Source: Thermodesulfobacteriota bacterium (GTDB lineage Bacteria > Desulfobacterota > Desulfobulbia > Desulfobulbales > SURF-16). From it: a DNA stretch of 64,000 nucleotides. Positions 36,547 to 47,869 of this stretch are shown here, piece after piece; positions within the stretch are counted from its first letter, which is position 1; every line of letters starts with the position of its first letter. The stretch is from positions 151,556 to 215,555 of the forward strand of contig JBFMAY010000002.1 of assembly GCA_040755455.1 (NCBI GenBank), read 5' to 3'. Position numbers and translations under genes: made by a program. The notes under the pieces were generated by a model, which ran no database searches, had not been told where the DNA came from, and worked only from the letters and a program-made list of their open reading frames with translations.

Positions 36547-38361
36547 GTGACGAAAGTCAGTGCAAAAAAGAAACAATGGCTATCGGGCAACGAGGCGATT
36601 GCCCGGGGGGCTTGGGAAGCCGGGGTGACGGTGGCCTCAGGCTATCCGGGCACCCCCTCCACGGAAATCCTGGAGAATCTCTGCACCTATAATGATGTCT
36701 ATACCGAATGGGCCCCCAACGAAAAGGTGGCCCTGGAGGTGGGCATGGGAGCATCCTTTGCCGGGGCCCGGGTGCTGGTCACCATGAAGCATGTGGGTCT
36801 CAATGTGGCGGCCGATCCCCTGTTTACCGCCTCCTACACTGGTGTGCGGGGCGGCATCGTCATCATCACCGCCGATGACCCGGAGATGCACAGCTCGCAG
36901 AACGAGCAGGACAACCGCAATTATGCCTGTGCCGCCAAGCTGCCCATGCTGGAGCCGTCCGACCCGGCCGAGGCCCTGGAGATGCTGAAACAGGCCTTTG
37001 CCATCAGTGAGGAGTTCGACACCCCCGTGCTCCTGCGCACCACCACCAGGGTGGCCCATGTAAAAGGGCTGGTCGCGACCGGCAAAAGAAAAAAAGGCCC
37101 GGTCCCGGTGGCCATCGAAAAGATGCCGGCCAAATTCGTCATGCTGCCCGGCAACGCTCGCGTGCGGCGCCGGGCCATTGCCGAACGCATGGCTAAACTT
37201 GCCGCCTTTGTCGAAACCTTTGCCGGCAACCGCATTGAACCGGGAGACAGAAAACTGGGTTTCATCACCGGCGGCGTTGCCTACCTTTATGTAAAGGAGG
37301 CCTTCCCCAAGGCCTCGGTGCTGAAAATCGCCACCACCTGGCCGCTGCCGTTTAACCTGATCCGCGATTTCGCCAGCCAGGTCGATGAGGTCATGATCGT
37401 CGAGGAGCTTGATCCCTTTCTCGAAACCCACATCAAGGCCAGCGGCATCGCCTGCACCGGCAAGGAGAAGATTCCGGCCATAGGCGAGCTCAATCCCTTT
37501 ATCATCAAAAAGGCCCTCGGCCAGGATACCGGAGAGATCTTTGCGCCGGTTGAAATCCCGCCCCGGCCGCCCAATATGTGCCCCGGCTGCCCGCACCGCG
37601 GTCTTTTCTATAGTCTGGCCAAATATGACGTTTTTATTTCCGGCGATATCGGCTGCTACACCCTGGGCTTCCTGCCGCCTCTGTCCGCCATGGACTCCTG
37701 CGTCTGCATGGGCGCCAGCATAGGCGTGGCCCACGGCATGGACAAGGCCCTGGGCGACAAGGCCCTGGGCAAGACGGTCGCGGTGATCGGCGACTCCACC
37801 TTCATGCACTCGGGCATTACCGGCCTGGTCAACATGGTTTACAACAAAAGCATGTCCACGGTCATCATTCTTGACAACCGCATCACCGCCATGACCGGCC
37901 ACCAGGCGAACCCGGCTTCCGGCAGCACCATCACGGGAGAACCGGCCAACGCCATTGATCTGCCCGAGCTGTGCCGGGCCATCGGCGTGCGGCACGTGCG
38001 CACCCTCAATCCCCACAACATCAAGGAATGTAAAAAGATCCTCAAAGAGGAGATAGAGCGGCCCGAACCGTCCGTCATCATCGCCCAGGCGCCCTGCGTT
38101 CTCCTGCCGGAGGAACGCAAAAGACGCAAAATTCCGCTTACCAGCATACTGGACAACTGTACCGGTTGCGGCACCTGCCTCCGCCTGGGCTGCCCGGCCA
38201 TCAGCTGGGTGCCGCTGACCTCCGAGGAAGCCAAGAAACTGGGGAAAAAGGAAAAGCAGAAAGGCCATGCCCGTATCAGCGTGGAGATGTGCAATGGCTG
38301 CGGCCAGTGTCTGGCCGTCTGTAAATTTAAGGCCATCGGCAAAGCGGAGGATAACAAATGA
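36547..38361 (+). CDS. iorA: Indolepyruvate:ferredoxin oxidoreductase alpha subunit
   Basis: GNEAIARGA, YPGTPSTE, SSQNEQD, CPGCPH, GDIGCY, IGDSTF, two C-terminal CxxCxxCxxxC motifs. Confidence 0.95.
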   Translation: MTKVSAKKKQWLSGNEAIARGAWEAGVTVASGYPGTPSTEILENLCTYNDVYTEWAPNEKVALEVGMGASFAGARVLVTMKHVGLNVAADPLFTASYTGVRGGIVIITADDPEMHSSQNEQDNRNYACAAKLPMLEPSDPAEALEMLKQAFAISEEFDTPVLLRTTTRVAHVKGLVATGKRKKGPVPVAIEKMPAKFVMLPGNARVRRRAIAERMAKLAAFVETFAGNRIEPGDRKLGFITGGVAYLYVKEAFPKASVLKIATTWPLPFNLIRDFASQVDEVMIVEELDPFLETHIKASGIACTGKEKIPAIGELNPFIIKKALGQDTGEIFAPVEIPPRPPNMCPGCPHRGLFYSLAKYDVFISGDIGCYTLGFLPPLSAMDSCVCMGASIGVAHGMDKALGDKALGKTVAVIGDSTFMHSGITGLVNMVYNKSMSTVIILDNRITAMTGHQANPASGSTITGEPANAIDLPELCRAIGVRHVRTLNPHNIKECKKILKEEIERPEPSVIIAQAPCVLLPEERKRRKIPLTSILDNCTGCGTCLRLGCPAISWVPLTSEEAKKLGKKEKQKGHARISVEMCNGCGQCLAVCKFKAIGKAEDNK

Positions 38362-38936
38362 AACCAAGCGGCAACATTCTTTTCTGCGGGGTTGGCGGCC
38401 AGGGCATTCTGCTGGCCAGCGAGATCACCGCCTTTGCCCTGCTTGCCTGCGGCCTGGACGCCAAGAAAAGCGAAGTGCACGGCATGGCCCAGCGCGGCGG
38501 CTCGGTGGTGGCTCATCTGCGCTATGGAAAAAAGGTCCACTCCCCGCTCATCGATCCAGGCCAGGCGGATTTCCTGGTGGCCTTTGAAACCATGGAGGCG
38601 GTGCGCTATCTGCCTTTTCTGAAAAAAGACAGCAAGGTCATCGTCAATACCCAGCAGATTGCCCCGCCGTCCGTGGCCACCGGCAAGATGGCCTATCCTG
38701 CCGATCTGCTGTCGCAGTTAACCAGCCGTGGCCTGGCCGTCTATTCGCTGGATGGTTTCAGCATTGCCAAAGGGGTGGGGGAAATCAGGACGGCGAACCT
38801 CGTGCTGGTGGGGGCGCTGTCAACCTTTCTGCCGGTCGGCGAAGAGGTTTTTCTTGCCGTGCTGCAAGAGAAAATCCCCAGAAAACTTGAGGAAAACATA
38901 GCGGCCTTCCAGGAGGGCCGCAAGATCACGGCATAG
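38358..38936 (+). CDS. iorB: Indolepyruvate:ferredoxin oxidoreductase beta subunit
   Basis: GVGGQG, SEVHGMAQRGGSV. Confidence 0.95.
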   Translation: MKPSGNILFCGVGGQGILLASEITAFALLACGLDAKKSEVHGMAQRGGSVVAHLRYGKKVHSPLIDPGQADFLVAFETMEAVRYLPFLKKDSKVIVNTQQIAPPSVATGKMAYPADLLSQLTSRGLAVYSLDGFSIAKGVGEIRTANLVLVGALSTFLPVGEEVFLAVLQEKIPRKLEENIAAFQEGRKITA

Positions 38937-38963
38937 TATGCAACACCATGTGGAGACGGAACA

Positions 38964-40265
38964 ATGATATATAACGAGGAATATGAAACATTGCCGAGGG
39001 AGGCCCTGGAGGCCTTGCAGCTGAAAAGACTGCAGTCCCAGATCGAAAGGATCCATGCCAGAGTCCCTTACTACCGGGCCAAGATGGATGAAGCGGGCGT
39101 GGCGCCCGGTGACATCAAAACCCTGGCCGATATCCGCAAGCTCCCCTTTACCACCAAGGAGGACCTGCGCAAGAATTATCCCTTCGGGCTTTTCACCGTG
39201 CCGCTGGAAAGGGTGGTGCGCGTCCACGCCTCCTCCGGCACCACCGGCCAGCCGACCGTGGTCGGCTATACCAAGCGTGACATCGGCATCTGGGCCGAAC
39301 TCATGGCGCGCTGCCTGACCGCCGCCGGGGCGACCCAGCAGGACATCATCCATAACGCCTATGGCTACGGCCTGTTCACCGGCGGCCTCGGCGCCCATTA
39401 CGGCGCGGAAACTCTCGGCGCCACCGTGATCCCCGTTTCCGGCGGCAACACCAAGCGCCAGATCATGCTCATGCGTGACTTCCGCTCCACGGTGCTGCTC
39501 TGCACCCCCTCCTATGCCCTGAATCTGGCCGAAGCCATGGTGGATATGGGCATTGATCCCAAGGAGATGGCGCTCAAGGTCGGGGTCTTCGGGGCTGAGC
39601 CGTGGAGCGAAAACATGCGGGAGGAGATCGAAAAAAAGCTCGGGCTGAAAGCCATTGACATTTACGGCTTAAGTGAGATAATCGGACCAGGCGTGGCCAT
39701 TGAATGCGTGGAGGAGCAGCAGGGACTCCACATCATGGAGGATCATTTCCTGCCGGAAATCGTCCATCCCGAGACCTTTGACCCCCTGCCGCTCGGCGAG
39801 AAGGGGGAACTGGTATTCACCACCCTGACCAAGGAGGCCTTTCCGCTCATCCGTTACCGCACCAAGGATTTCTCCCGACTGATCACCGCCCCGTGCTCCT
39901 GCGCACGCACCTTCTACCGTATGGAGAAGGTGACCGGCCGCTCCGATGACATGCTGATCATCCGCGGGGTCAACGTGTTCCCGTCCCAGATCGAGCATGT
40001 GCTCATCAGCATCAAGGGGGTGGAGCCCCATTACCAGATCATCGTCGAGCGGGAGGGCACCCTGGACACCATGGAGGTACAGGTTGAGGTCAGCGACAGC
40101 ATCTTCTCCGACGAGGTAAAAACCCTGGAAGGACTTACCAAAAAAATCCAGAACGAGATCAAGGACCTTCTCGGCGTGAGCTGCAAGGTGAAACTTGTTG
40201 AGCCGAGATCGATCCAGCGCAGCGAGGGCAAGGCAAAAAGGGTTATTGATAACCGCAAGATCTAA
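38964..40265 (+). CDS. paaK: Phenylacetate-CoA ligase family, paralog 1
   Basis: [45 protein letters not shown]. Confidence 0.92.
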   Translation: MIYNEEYETLPREALEALQLKRLQSQIERIHARVPYYRAKMDEAGVAPGDIKTLADIRKLPFTTKEDLRKNYPFGLFTVPLERVVRVHASSGTTGQPTVVGYTKRDIGIWAELMARCLTAAGATQQDIIHNAYGYGLFTGGLGAHYGAETLGATVIPVSGGNTKRQIMLMRDFRSTVLLCTPSYALNLAEAMVDMGIDPKEMALKVGVFGAEPWSENMREEIEKKLGLKAIDIYGLSEIIGPGVAIECVEEQQGLHIMEDHFLPEIVHPETFDPLPLGEKGELVFTTLTKEAFPLIRYRTKDFSRLITAPCSCARTFYRMEKVTGRSDDMLIIRGVNVFPSQIEHVLISIKGVEPHYQIIVEREGTLDTMEVQVEVSDSIFSDEVKTLEGLTKKIQNEIKDLLGVSCKVKLVEPRSIQRSEGKAKRVIDNRKI

Positions 40266-40329
40266 CAGGCGTTGCGAGACTACCCGCATTTGCGCCCAAG
40301 GCAGCTTCTATAAGAAAAGCGAGGAACCT

Positions 40330-40761
40330 ATGAAAGTTGAACAGATAGCTATCTTTTTAGAAAACAGATCAGGCCGGATGGCTGAAATAACCGGGATTCT
40401 GGCGGCAAAGGGCATTAACATCCGCGCCATGTCCCTGGCCGACACCTCGGATTTCGGCATTTTGCGCCTGATTGTCAATGATACGGAAAACGCCCGCAAG
40501 GTATTGAAAGAAAACGGCTTCACCGTCGGCACCACCAACGTGGTGGTGGCCGAGGTGCAGGATAAACCGGGCGGACTGGCCAGGGTCCTGCAGATCATCA
40601 AACAGGCCGATTTAAATATTGAGTATATGTATGCCTTTACGCAGAAAAGCGGCGAGACTGGGCTTATTATTTTCCGCTTCGAGAAAATCGATGCCGCCAT
40701 TGATGTCCTGGTCAAGGCCGGTGTCCGGCTGCTGTCCGGGGAAGAGGTTTACGCTATCTAA
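40330..40761 (+). CDS. ACT-domain amino-acid-binding protein
   Basis: IFLENRSGR, INIRAMSLADTSDFGILRLIV, DKPGGL, NIEYMYAF. Confidence 0.92.
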   Translation: MKVEQIAIFLENRSGRMAEITGILAAKGINIRAMSLADTSDFGILRLIVNDTENARKVLKENGFTVGTTNVVVAEVQDKPGGLARVLQIIKQADLNIEYMYAFTQKSGETGLIIFRFEKIDAAIDVLVKAGVRLLSGEEVYAI

Positions 40762-40799
40762 AAAATAGCTTCATTATTCAATTGACAAAGGAGATGAAC

Positions 40800-41963
40800 A
40801 TGAAACGAATTTTTCTTTCAGCCGTTACCCTTCTTGCTCTGTGGGCTGTGGCAATGGTTATTGCCCTGCCGACCGCCGCCCAGGCAAAAACGATCAAAGT
40901 TGGCGCCATCCTGGCGGAAACCGGCGGGGCTTCATTTCTCGGCGGTCCTGAGGCGAGAACCGTCCGCATGCTGGTGGATAAGATAAATGCCGCGGGCGGG
41001 GTGAATGGCGACACCATCGAGCTCATTGTCAAGGACTCGGCCAGCACGCCGGAAAAGGCCATCTCCTTTGCCAAACAGCTTATAGAAGAAGAAAAAGTGC
41101 TGGCCATCCTCGGACCGTCCACCAGCGGCGAGACCATGGCTATCAAGCAGATCTGCGAGGACTCTAAAACCATTCTCCTGTCCTGCGCAGCGGCCGAGGT
41201 TATCGTTAATCCCGTGGGCCGCTATGTTTTCAAGACTCCCCAGAAGGACAGCGATGCCGCCAAAAAAATCTATATGGCCATGCAGAAAATGGGCATTGCC
41301 AAAATAGCCGTGCTGGCGGACAATACCGGTTTCGGCAAGGCGGGCAAGGAACAGCTTGAGGCCATTGCCCCTGAATTCAAAATCCAGATCGTGGCGGCCG
41401 AGGTATATGACAAGGCGGCCACCGATCTCGGCGCCGTCATTGCCAAAATCAGCGCCAATAAGGATGTCCAGGCCGTGGTCAACTGGTCCATCGTTCCGGC
41501 CCAGGCCATTCTTGCCAAAAACATTCGCCAGGCCGGCTGGGATGTGCCCATTTTCCAGAGCCATGGCTTCGGCAATATCAAATATGTCGAGGCTGCCGGC
41601 GTAGCGGCAGAGGGGATCATTTTCCCGGCCGGACGACTGCTGGTGGCTGACACCCTGCCCGCCGACCATCCGCAGAAAAACGTTCTTATCCAGTACCGGG
41701 ATGAATATGAGGCAACATTCAAGGAACCTGCCAGCACCTTCGGCGGCCATGGTTATGATGCGATCATGATCCTGGTCAATGCCATGAAAGCGGCGGGCAG
41801 CAATGACAGCGAGCAAGTCAGGACCGCCATCGAAAACATGAAAGGCTTTGTCGGCACCGGCGGCATCTTCAACTTCAGCGCCGCAGACCATAACGGCCTG
41901 GATATTGATTCATTTGCCATGCTGACCGTCAAAGACGCCAAGTTTGTTCTGTACACCAAGTAA
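40800..41963 (+). CDS. Branched-chain amino acid-type ABC substrate-binding protein (LivK-like)
   Basis: Signal peptide; IKVGAI, INAAGGVNG, GYDA. Confidence 0.92.
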   Translation: MKRIFLSAVTLLALWAVAMVIALPTAAQAKTIKVGAILAETGGASFLGGPEARTVRMLVDKINAAGGVNGDTIELIVKDSASTPEKAISFAKQLIEEEKVLAILGPSTSGETMAIKQICEDSKTILLSCAAAEVIVNPVGRYVFKTPQKDSDAAKKIYMAMQKMGIAKIAVLADNTGFGKAGKEQLEAIAPEFKIQIVAAEVYDKAATDLGAVIAKISANKDVQAVVNWSIVPAQAILAKNIRQAGWDVPIFQSHGFGNIKYVEAAGVAAEGIIFPAGRLLVADTLPADHPQKNVLIQYRDEYEATFKEPASTFGGHGYDAIMILVNAMKAAGSNDSEQVRTAIENMKGFVGTGGIFNFSAADHNGLDIDSFAMLTVKDAKFVLYTK

Positions 41964-41981
41964 CTGCAATCGTAAGACAAG

Positions 41982-42020
41982 AAAAAGGGGAGTGCCTGCA
42001 CAGCGGCAATCCCCTTTTTT
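41982..42020 (+). terminator. Intra-operon hairpin/partial terminator after the binding-protein gene
   Basis: aaaaaggggagtgcc...ggcaatcccctttttt. Confidence 0.7.
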
Positions 42021-42071
42021 CTCCCTGCAAACCAGGAGAGCCACCGCTTTTCCAGAGCTGATGATGCCCCA

Positions 42072-42962
42072 ATGACCTCGCAACTTTTCTGTCAATATCT
42101 CTTTGCCGGTATCACCTATGGCAGCATTTACGCCATCGTGGCCATCGGCTTTAACATCATTTACAACACTACCGGCATTATTAATTTTGCCCAAGGCGAG
42201 TTTGTCATGCTCGGCGGCATGATTGCCATCTCCCTGCATGCCATGCTGCCCCTGCCGCTGGCCATCGGCCTAGCCGTGCTCATCACCATGATCATCGGCG
42301 CCCTCATTGAAATCATCTTTATCCGCTGGCTGAAAAATCCGTCCGTGCTGCGCATGATCATCATCACCATCGGCCTTTCCATTCTCATCCGGGAAGCAGC
42401 GCTGCACATCTGGGGAGAAGGGGTACGCTCGCTGCCCTATTTCAACGGCAATGAGATCTCCACCGTTCAGCTCATGGGCACCAACATCTCCCCCCAGGTG
42501 TTGTGGGTGATCGGTATCTGCGCAGTCATCGTCGTGCTCCTCAGTCTTTTCTTCAGATTCACCTCCCTGGGCCAGGAAATGCGGGCCTGCGCCGCCAACC
42601 GGCTGGCCGCCACCCTGTGTGGCATCAGCACAAAAAACATGGTGACCTTTTCCTTCATGCTCAGCGCGGGTATCGGGGCCCTGGCCGGATGCGTGGTCTC
42701 CCCCATCACCTACACCCAGTATGATGGCGGCACCGCCCTGGCGATCAAGGGATTCACCGTGGCCGTACTTGGGGGACTGGGCAACAGCATGGCCGCCGTC
42801 ATCGCCGGCATCCTGCTGGGTATTATCGAGTCGTTCAGCGTATCGGTGGTGCCGCTGGCTTTTCAGGATGCCATTTCCATCGCCATCCTGCTCACCATTC
42901 TCTTTGTCCGCCCCCACGGCTTATTCGGCAGCAAAGAGGCGGCAGGACTAAAGGAATTCTGA
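42072..42962 (+). CDS. livH: Branched-chain amino acid ABC permease (LivH-like)
   Basis: GSIYAIVAIGF, INFAQGEF, KGFTVAVLGGLG. Confidence 0.9.
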   Translation: MTSQLFCQYLFAGITYGSIYAIVAIGFNIIYNTTGIINFAQGEFVMLGGMIAISLHAMLPLPLAIGLAVLITMIIGALIEIIFIRWLKNPSVLRMIIITIGLSILIREAALHIWGEGVRSLPYFNGNEISTVQLMGTNISPQVLWVIGICAVIVVLLSLFFRFTSLGQEMRACAANRLAATLCGISTKNMVTFSFMLSAGIGALAGCVVSPITYTQYDGGTALAIKGFTVAVLGGLGNSMAAVIAGILLGIIESFSVSVVPLAFQDAISIAILLTILFVRPHGLFGSKEAAGLKEF

Positions 42963-44026
42963 TGAAAGCCCGTAAATATCTTCCCATTCTCATCCTGCTG
43001 CTGGTGCTCGCCGGCGTGCAGCAGCTTACCCGGATGACGGGCACGGCCTACTTTCTCACCCAGATGACCATGACCGCCTATTACTCGCTGCTCATCATCG
43101 GCCTCTGCCTGGTGATGGGTTATGCCGGCCAGATCTCCCTTGGTCATGCAGGATTCTTCGCCATCGGCGGTTATACCTCCGCCGTGCTGACCACCTATGA
43201 CCTTGCCCCCCTGCTTGCCAAGGGCAACGGCGTCATCAGCTTTCTTGCCACCTGGGGACTGCTGGTGTCCCGCGACAACCTGTACGGCGAGACCCTGCTC
43301 TCGGTGAACCCGTGGCTTGCCTGTGTGGGCGCCATTATGCTGACAATTATCATCGCCTTTCTCATCGGCATGCCGGTACTGAAATTAAAGGGACACTATC
43401 TGGCCATGGCCACCCTTGGTTTCGGCATCATTATTTACCGGGTAGTTCTTGCCACCGAAATCTTCGGCGAAGCGGACGGCATTTCCGATGTGCCAGGCTT
43501 CCCCCTGCTGCCCGGCATCATTGTCAGCGGCGATTTCAGCAACCGGGTACAGAACTATTACATTGCCTGTTTGCTGTTGATCACCGGTTTCGTCCTGCTG
43601 CAGAATCTCATTGACTCACGGGTGGGCAGGGCTCTGCGGGCCATCCATGGTTCGGAAGAGGCGGCCAACGCCATGGGAGTGGACACCGCGCGCTACAAAC
43701 TCTACACCTTTGTCTTGAGCGCCGTTTTTGCCTCCATCGCCGGTATTTTCCTTACCCATTACAACGGCGGCATCGGTCCTTCGGAGGCCGGTATCATGAA
43801 ATCTGTCCGCTATGTGGCCATCGTCGCCATAGGCGGCATGGCGAATCTGTGGGGGGCGCTGGTCATGGCAGCCGTGCTCAATTTCCTCTCCCTGCGGGGC
43901 ATGTTCGGCTCCTATGATGATGCGGTTTTCGGCGCCATCCTCATCCTGATCATGCTTTTCGCCCCGCATGGCCTCCTGCGCCTGCAGGTCTGGCGCTTTT
44001 TCAAAAAATCTTCGACCGACACCTGA
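42962..44026 (+). CDS. livM: Branched-chain amino acid ABC permease (LivM-like)
   Basis: GYAGQISLGHAGFFAIG, LKGHYLAMATLGF, GRALRAI. Confidence 0.9.
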   Translation: MKARKYLPILILLLVLAGVQQLTRMTGTAYFLTQMTMTAYYSLLIIGLCLVMGYAGQISLGHAGFFAIGGYTSAVLTTYDLAPLLAKGNGVISFLATWGLLVSRDNLYGETLLSVNPWLACVGAIMLTIIIAFLIGMPVLKLKGHYLAMATLGFGIIIYRVVLATEIFGEADGISDVPGFPLLPGIIVSGDFSNRVQNYYIACLLLITGFVLLQNLIDSRVGRALRAIHGSEEAANAMGVDTARYKLYTFVLSAVFASIAGIFLTHYNGGIGPSEAGIMKSVRYVAIVAIGGMANLWGALVMAAVLNFLSLRGMFGSYDDAVFGAILILIMLFAPHGLLRLQVWRFFKKSSTDT

Positions 44027-44048
44027 AGCGGCTATAAGGTTATTTGCG

Positions 44049-44813
44049 ATGACACTCTTAGATATTAAAGATGTCAATAAACATTTCGGCGGTCTGCAGG
44101 CAGTCAGCCAGGTAAGCTTCAGCGTGCGACAAGGAATGATTAAATCCGTGATTGGCCCCAACGGCGCCGGTAAAACCACCCTTTTTAATCTGATTGCCGG
44201 CAACCTGCCCCTCAGTTCCGGCCAGATTTTTTTTAACGCTAGACCGATCCATGGGCTCAAACCCTATCAGATCGCCCGCCGCGGCATCTCCCGTACCTTC
44301 CAGAACATGAAACTTTTCCCGGGCATGACCGCCTTGGAAAATATCATGGTTGGACGCCATACCCGCAGCCGGGCCGGATTTATCGGCGGCATGTTCCATT
44401 TTCCCGCCAGCCGCAAAGAGGAAAAAGCCATCCGCGACAAATCCTGTGAGCTGCTGCATCTTCTTGAAATCAGTCAATATGCCGATGTGGAGGCCTCCAG
44501 TCTCGCCTTTGGCCAGCAGCGCGCCGTGGAATTTGCCCGGGCCCTGGCCTCGGAGCCGACGCTCCTGCTGCTTGATGAACCGGCGGCCGGATTAAATATC
44601 TATGAAACAGCGGAAATCGCCCGCCTGATCATGAAAATCAAAGCCCAGGGCATCACGGTTCTCCTTGTTGAACATGACATGTCCCTGGTAATGGATATTT
44701 CCGATGAAATCGTGGTATTAAATTTCGGCCAGAAAATTGCCGAGGATCTACCCAGCGCTATCCAGCAGAACAGGGAAGTCATTCAAATCTATCTGGGTGA
44801 TGCGGATGCTTAA
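44049..44813 (+). CDS. livG: ABC ATP-binding protein (LivG-like)
   Basis: FGGLQAV, GPNGAGKTT, RTFQN, LDEPAAG. Confidence 0.92.
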   Translation: MTLLDIKDVNKHFGGLQAVSQVSFSVRQGMIKSVIGPNGAGKTTLFNLIAGNLPLSSGQIFFNARPIHGLKPYQIARRGISRTFQNMKLFPGMTALENIMVGRHTRSRAGFIGGMFHFPASRKEEKAIRDKSCELLHLLEISQYADVEASSLAFGQQRAVEFARALASEPTLLLLDEPAAGLNIYETAEIARLIMKIKAQGITVLLVEHDMSLVMDISDEIVVLNFGQKIAEDLPSAIQQNREVIQIYLGDADA

Positions 44814-45528
44814 AATCAAAAATCTGGAGGCGGGGTACGGCAAGCTGCGGGTGCTCAAACGCATATCCATGCATGTCAACCCCGGCGAGATCGTCACCAT
44901 CATCGGGGCCAATGGCGCCGGCAAGACCACCCTGCTCTATACCATAGCCGGGATTATTAAAGCGTCCGCCGGTGCTATTCAACTGCTCGACAACCCCATC
45001 AACCAGATTAAACCCGAAAAGATTGTTGCCGCCGGCTGCTCGCTCGTGCCGGAAGGCCGGCAGGTCTTCTCCACCCTTTCCGTGCGGGAAAATCTTATCC
45101 TGGGCGGCTACGTGCAGTATAAGAAGAACAAGGTGAATACCGATGCGGAGCTGCAGCTTATCTATGATGTTTTCCCGGTGCTGCAGGAACGGCAAAAGCA
45201 ACTGGCCGGCACCCTTTCCGGTGGGGAGCAGCAGATGCTCGCCATGGGCCGGGCCCTGATGGCCAAACCCAAACTCCTTATGCTTGATGAACCGTCAACC
45301 GGTCTTGCTCCTCTTATTGTCAAACATATTTTCCAGATTATTCAAAAACTGCGTGAAGCGGGCAACACGGTGCTGCTTATCGAGCAAAACGCCAAGGCGG
45401 CTCTTGCCATTGCCGATCGCGGCTATGTGCTGGAAACAGGTAAATTTATTCTGCAGGGGCCATCAGAAGACCTGCTGGTCAACAGAGATGTGCAGCGCGC
45501 CTATCTTGGCCGTGAGGTAGCTATTTAG
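44806..45528 (+). CDS. livF: ABC ATP-binding protein (LivF-like)
   Basis: [37 protein letters not shown]. Confidence 0.92.
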   Translation: MLKIKNLEAGYGKLRVLKRISMHVNPGEIVTIIGANGAGKTTLLYTIAGIIKASAGAIQLLDNPINQIKPEKIVAAGCSLVPEGRQVFSTLSVRENLILGGYVQYKKNKVNTDAELQLIYDVFPVLQERQKQLAGTLSGGEQQMLAMGRALMAKPKLLMLDEPSTGLAPLIVKHIFQIIQKLREAGNTVLLIEQNAKAALAIADRGYVLETGKFILQGPSEDLLVNRDVQRAYLGREVAI

Positions 45529-45578
45529 GGTGCTGGCTGAGATATCCACCATCGTCCGTTTTACTATGGAGGTTGAAC

Positions 45579-46877
45579 ATGTACTGGGATAAAGCAAAAG
45601 AATGCATGGCAAGGGAGAACCTGGAGCAGCTCCAGCTTGAACGGCTGCAGTCCACCCTTTACCGCGTTGCCACCCATGTCCCCTTTTACCGCAAAAAATT
45701 CAAGGAACTGGCCATTGACCCGGACGGCTTTAGTTCGCTGGACGAACTGCGCAAATTGCCGTTCACCACCAAGGATGACCTGCGCAGCAATTACCCTTAC
45801 GGTCTTTTCGCCGTACCGCTGCGCGACGTGGTGCGCCTGCACGCCTCATCCGGAACAACGGGCATGGCAACGGTGGTGGGCTACACCAGGAACGACATTA
45901 AAAACTGGGCTGATATGGTGGCCAGAATTTTGACCGCTACCGGGGTTGATGCGGATGATGTGGTGCAGATAGCCTTTGGCTATGGATTATTTACTGGCGG
46001 CTTCGGTTTGCATTATGGCGCCGAACGGGTGGGGGCCTCGGTTATCCCTATTTCCAGCGGTAACACCAAGCGCCAGATCCAGATTCTGCAGGATTTTAAA
46101 ACCACGACCCTTGTCTGCACTCCGAGCTACGCCCTGCTTCTTGCCGATACGATGATCGAGATGAACATCAACATCAATGCCCTGCATTTGCGATACGGCC
46201 TCTTCGGCGGTGAGCCCTGGTCCGAAGAGATGAGGGCGGAAATAAAAAACAAGCTCGGCATCATCGCCACCGACAACTATGGCCTCAGTGAGGTGATGGG
46301 GCCGGGTGTTGCCGGGGAATGCCAGCATTGCAATGGCCTCCATATCAATGAAGACCATTTTATTGTTGAGGTTATTAATCCGAATACCCTTGAGCCGGTG
46401 GCACCGGGTGAATTGGGTGAGCTGGTTTTCACCACCATCACCAAGGAAGCCTTCCCCGTCATCCGCTACCGCACCAGGGACCTGGCCAGGCTGATTACCG
46501 AACCATGCCCCTGCGGCCGAACCTTTCACCGCATGACCCGGGTGATCGGCCGTACCGATGATATGCTCATCATTAAAGGGGTCAACGTGTACCCCATGCA
46601 GATCGAATCGATCCTCATTGATATCGAAGGAACCGAGCCACATTATCAGATTATCGTCGAACGCGAGGGCCGGCTTGATAAGGTGACGGTACTGGTGGAA
46701 GTCGTTGAATCGATCTTTTTTGATCAGATGAAAAAACAGAGACAGTTCGTAGAACATATCAAAAAAAGATTGGCTACGGAACTCGGCATCGGCGTTGATG
46801 TGAAGCTGGTGGAGGAAAAAACTTTGGAACGCTTCGAAGGAAAAGCAAAACGGGTGATTGATAAGCGGAAATTATAA
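45579..46877 (+). CDS. paaK: Phenylacetate-CoA ligase family, paralog 2
   Basis: [36 protein letters not shown]. Confidence 0.9.
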   Translation: MYWDKAKECMARENLEQLQLERLQSTLYRVATHVPFYRKKFKELAIDPDGFSSLDELRKLPFTTKDDLRSNYPYGLFAVPLRDVVRLHASSGTTGMATVVGYTRNDIKNWADMVARILTATGVDADDVVQIAFGYGLFTGGFGLHYGAERVGASVIPISSGNTKRQIQILQDFKTTTLVCTPSYALLLADTMIEMNININALHLRYGLFGGEPWSEEMRAEIKNKLGIIATDNYGLSEVMGPGVAGECQHCNGLHINEDHFIVEVINPNTLEPVAPGELGELVFTTITKEAFPVIRYRTRDLARLITEPCPCGRTFHRMTRVIGRTDDMLIIKGVNVYPMQIESILIDIEGTEPHYQIIVEREGRLDKVTVLVEVVESIFFDQMKKQRQFVEHIKKRLATELGIGVDVKLVEEKTLERFEGKAKRVIDKRKL

Positions 46878-46918
46878 ATAAAAAACCCCACATTTGCAGG
46901 TGGGGTTTTTTATTTATA
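46873..46918. terminator. Bidirectional intrinsic terminator
   Basis: Perfect 19-bp inverted repeat tataaataaaaaaccccac / gtggggttttttatttata between the convergent paaK and csp genes. Confidence 0.9.
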
Positions 46919-46937
46919 TTATATTTTTAAAAAAGAG

Positions 46938-47138
46938 TTAGATCTTTTTTACGTTGGCAGCTGCCGGGCCTTTCTGGCCATCAACAATGTCAAATTCAAC
47001 ACGCTGCCCTTCGTTTAATGTCTTAAATCCTTCCTCTTTAATCGCTGAGAAATGTACAAAAACGTCATCGCCATCTTCGCGCTCAATGAAGCCGAACCCT
47101 TTTGATTCATTGAACCATTTCACTTTACCTTGTACCAT
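46938..47138 (-). CDS. Cold-shock protein (CspA family)
   Basis: [39 protein letters not shown]; start 47138. Confidence 0.96.
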   Translation of the reverse strand: MVQGKVKWFNESKGFGFIEREDGDDVFVHFSAIKEEGFKTLNEGQRVEFDIVDGQKGPAAANVKKI

Positions 47139-47403
47139 TACTGCTCCTTCATTCCTATGAGGAATCATTGAAAATAATTAACGTTTACAGATTTCTCATA
47201 GTCACACAGTTTGACTATCCTTTTTTAGTGAGGATACGACCAGAAACTCTGACTAAAAAAAACTGTACCACTAACGTATATATCAAATAACAAAAGAATG
47301 CACGCAAGGCAATATTTTCTTTACATTACCACAAAAAAACAATCAATGTTACCTGCATACCAGGCGGTGGAAGTGAAAAACCGCGCATGATCTATTCTAT
47401 CGC

Positions 47404-47447
47404 CAATAAAAAAAGCCCGGAGCAATAATCCCCGGGCTTTTTTATTG
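47404..47447 (-). terminator. Intrinsic terminator of the ribosomal superoperon
   Basis: caataaaaaaagcccgg...ccgggcttttttattg downstream of rplQ. Confidence 0.9.
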
Positions 47448-47470
47448 TCACAAGATGTAGGCTGTGAAGA

Positions 47471-47857
47471 TCAGTTATTGGCCTCTCCCTCTTTGACATG
47501 CTGATAATTTACCAGTTCGAGAATCGCCATCGGCGCGGCATCACCATTTCGGTTGCCAGTCTGGATAATTCTGGTGTAACCGCCTTGACGGTCCTGATAT
47601 TCAGCGCTCAGTTTATCAAACAGCTTAGCAACAACCTGTGCGTCACGGATAAATGCCAAAGCCTGTCTACGGGCATGCAGATCACCGCGCTTGGCCAGGG
47701 TTATCATTTTATCGGCAACCTTCCGCACTTCTTTTGCCTTAGGTGTTGTTGTAACGATGCGCTCATGCTCGAGTAAAGAAGTCACCATGTTACGAACCAT
47801 TGCCTTTCTATGGGGTGTAGTTCGTCCGAGTCTTCTTCCTGAATTCCTATGCCTCAT
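47471..47857 (-). CDS. rplQ: 50S ribosomal protein L17
   Basis: [18 protein letters not shown]. Confidence 0.98.
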   Translation of the reverse strand: MRHRNSGRRLGRTTPHRKAMVRNMVTSLLEHERIVTTTPKAKEVRKVADKMITLAKRGDLHARRQALAFIRDAQVVAKLFDKLSAEYQDRQGGYTRIIQTGNRNGDAAPMAILELVNYQHVKEGEANN

Positions 47858-47869
47858 TGCAATACCTCT

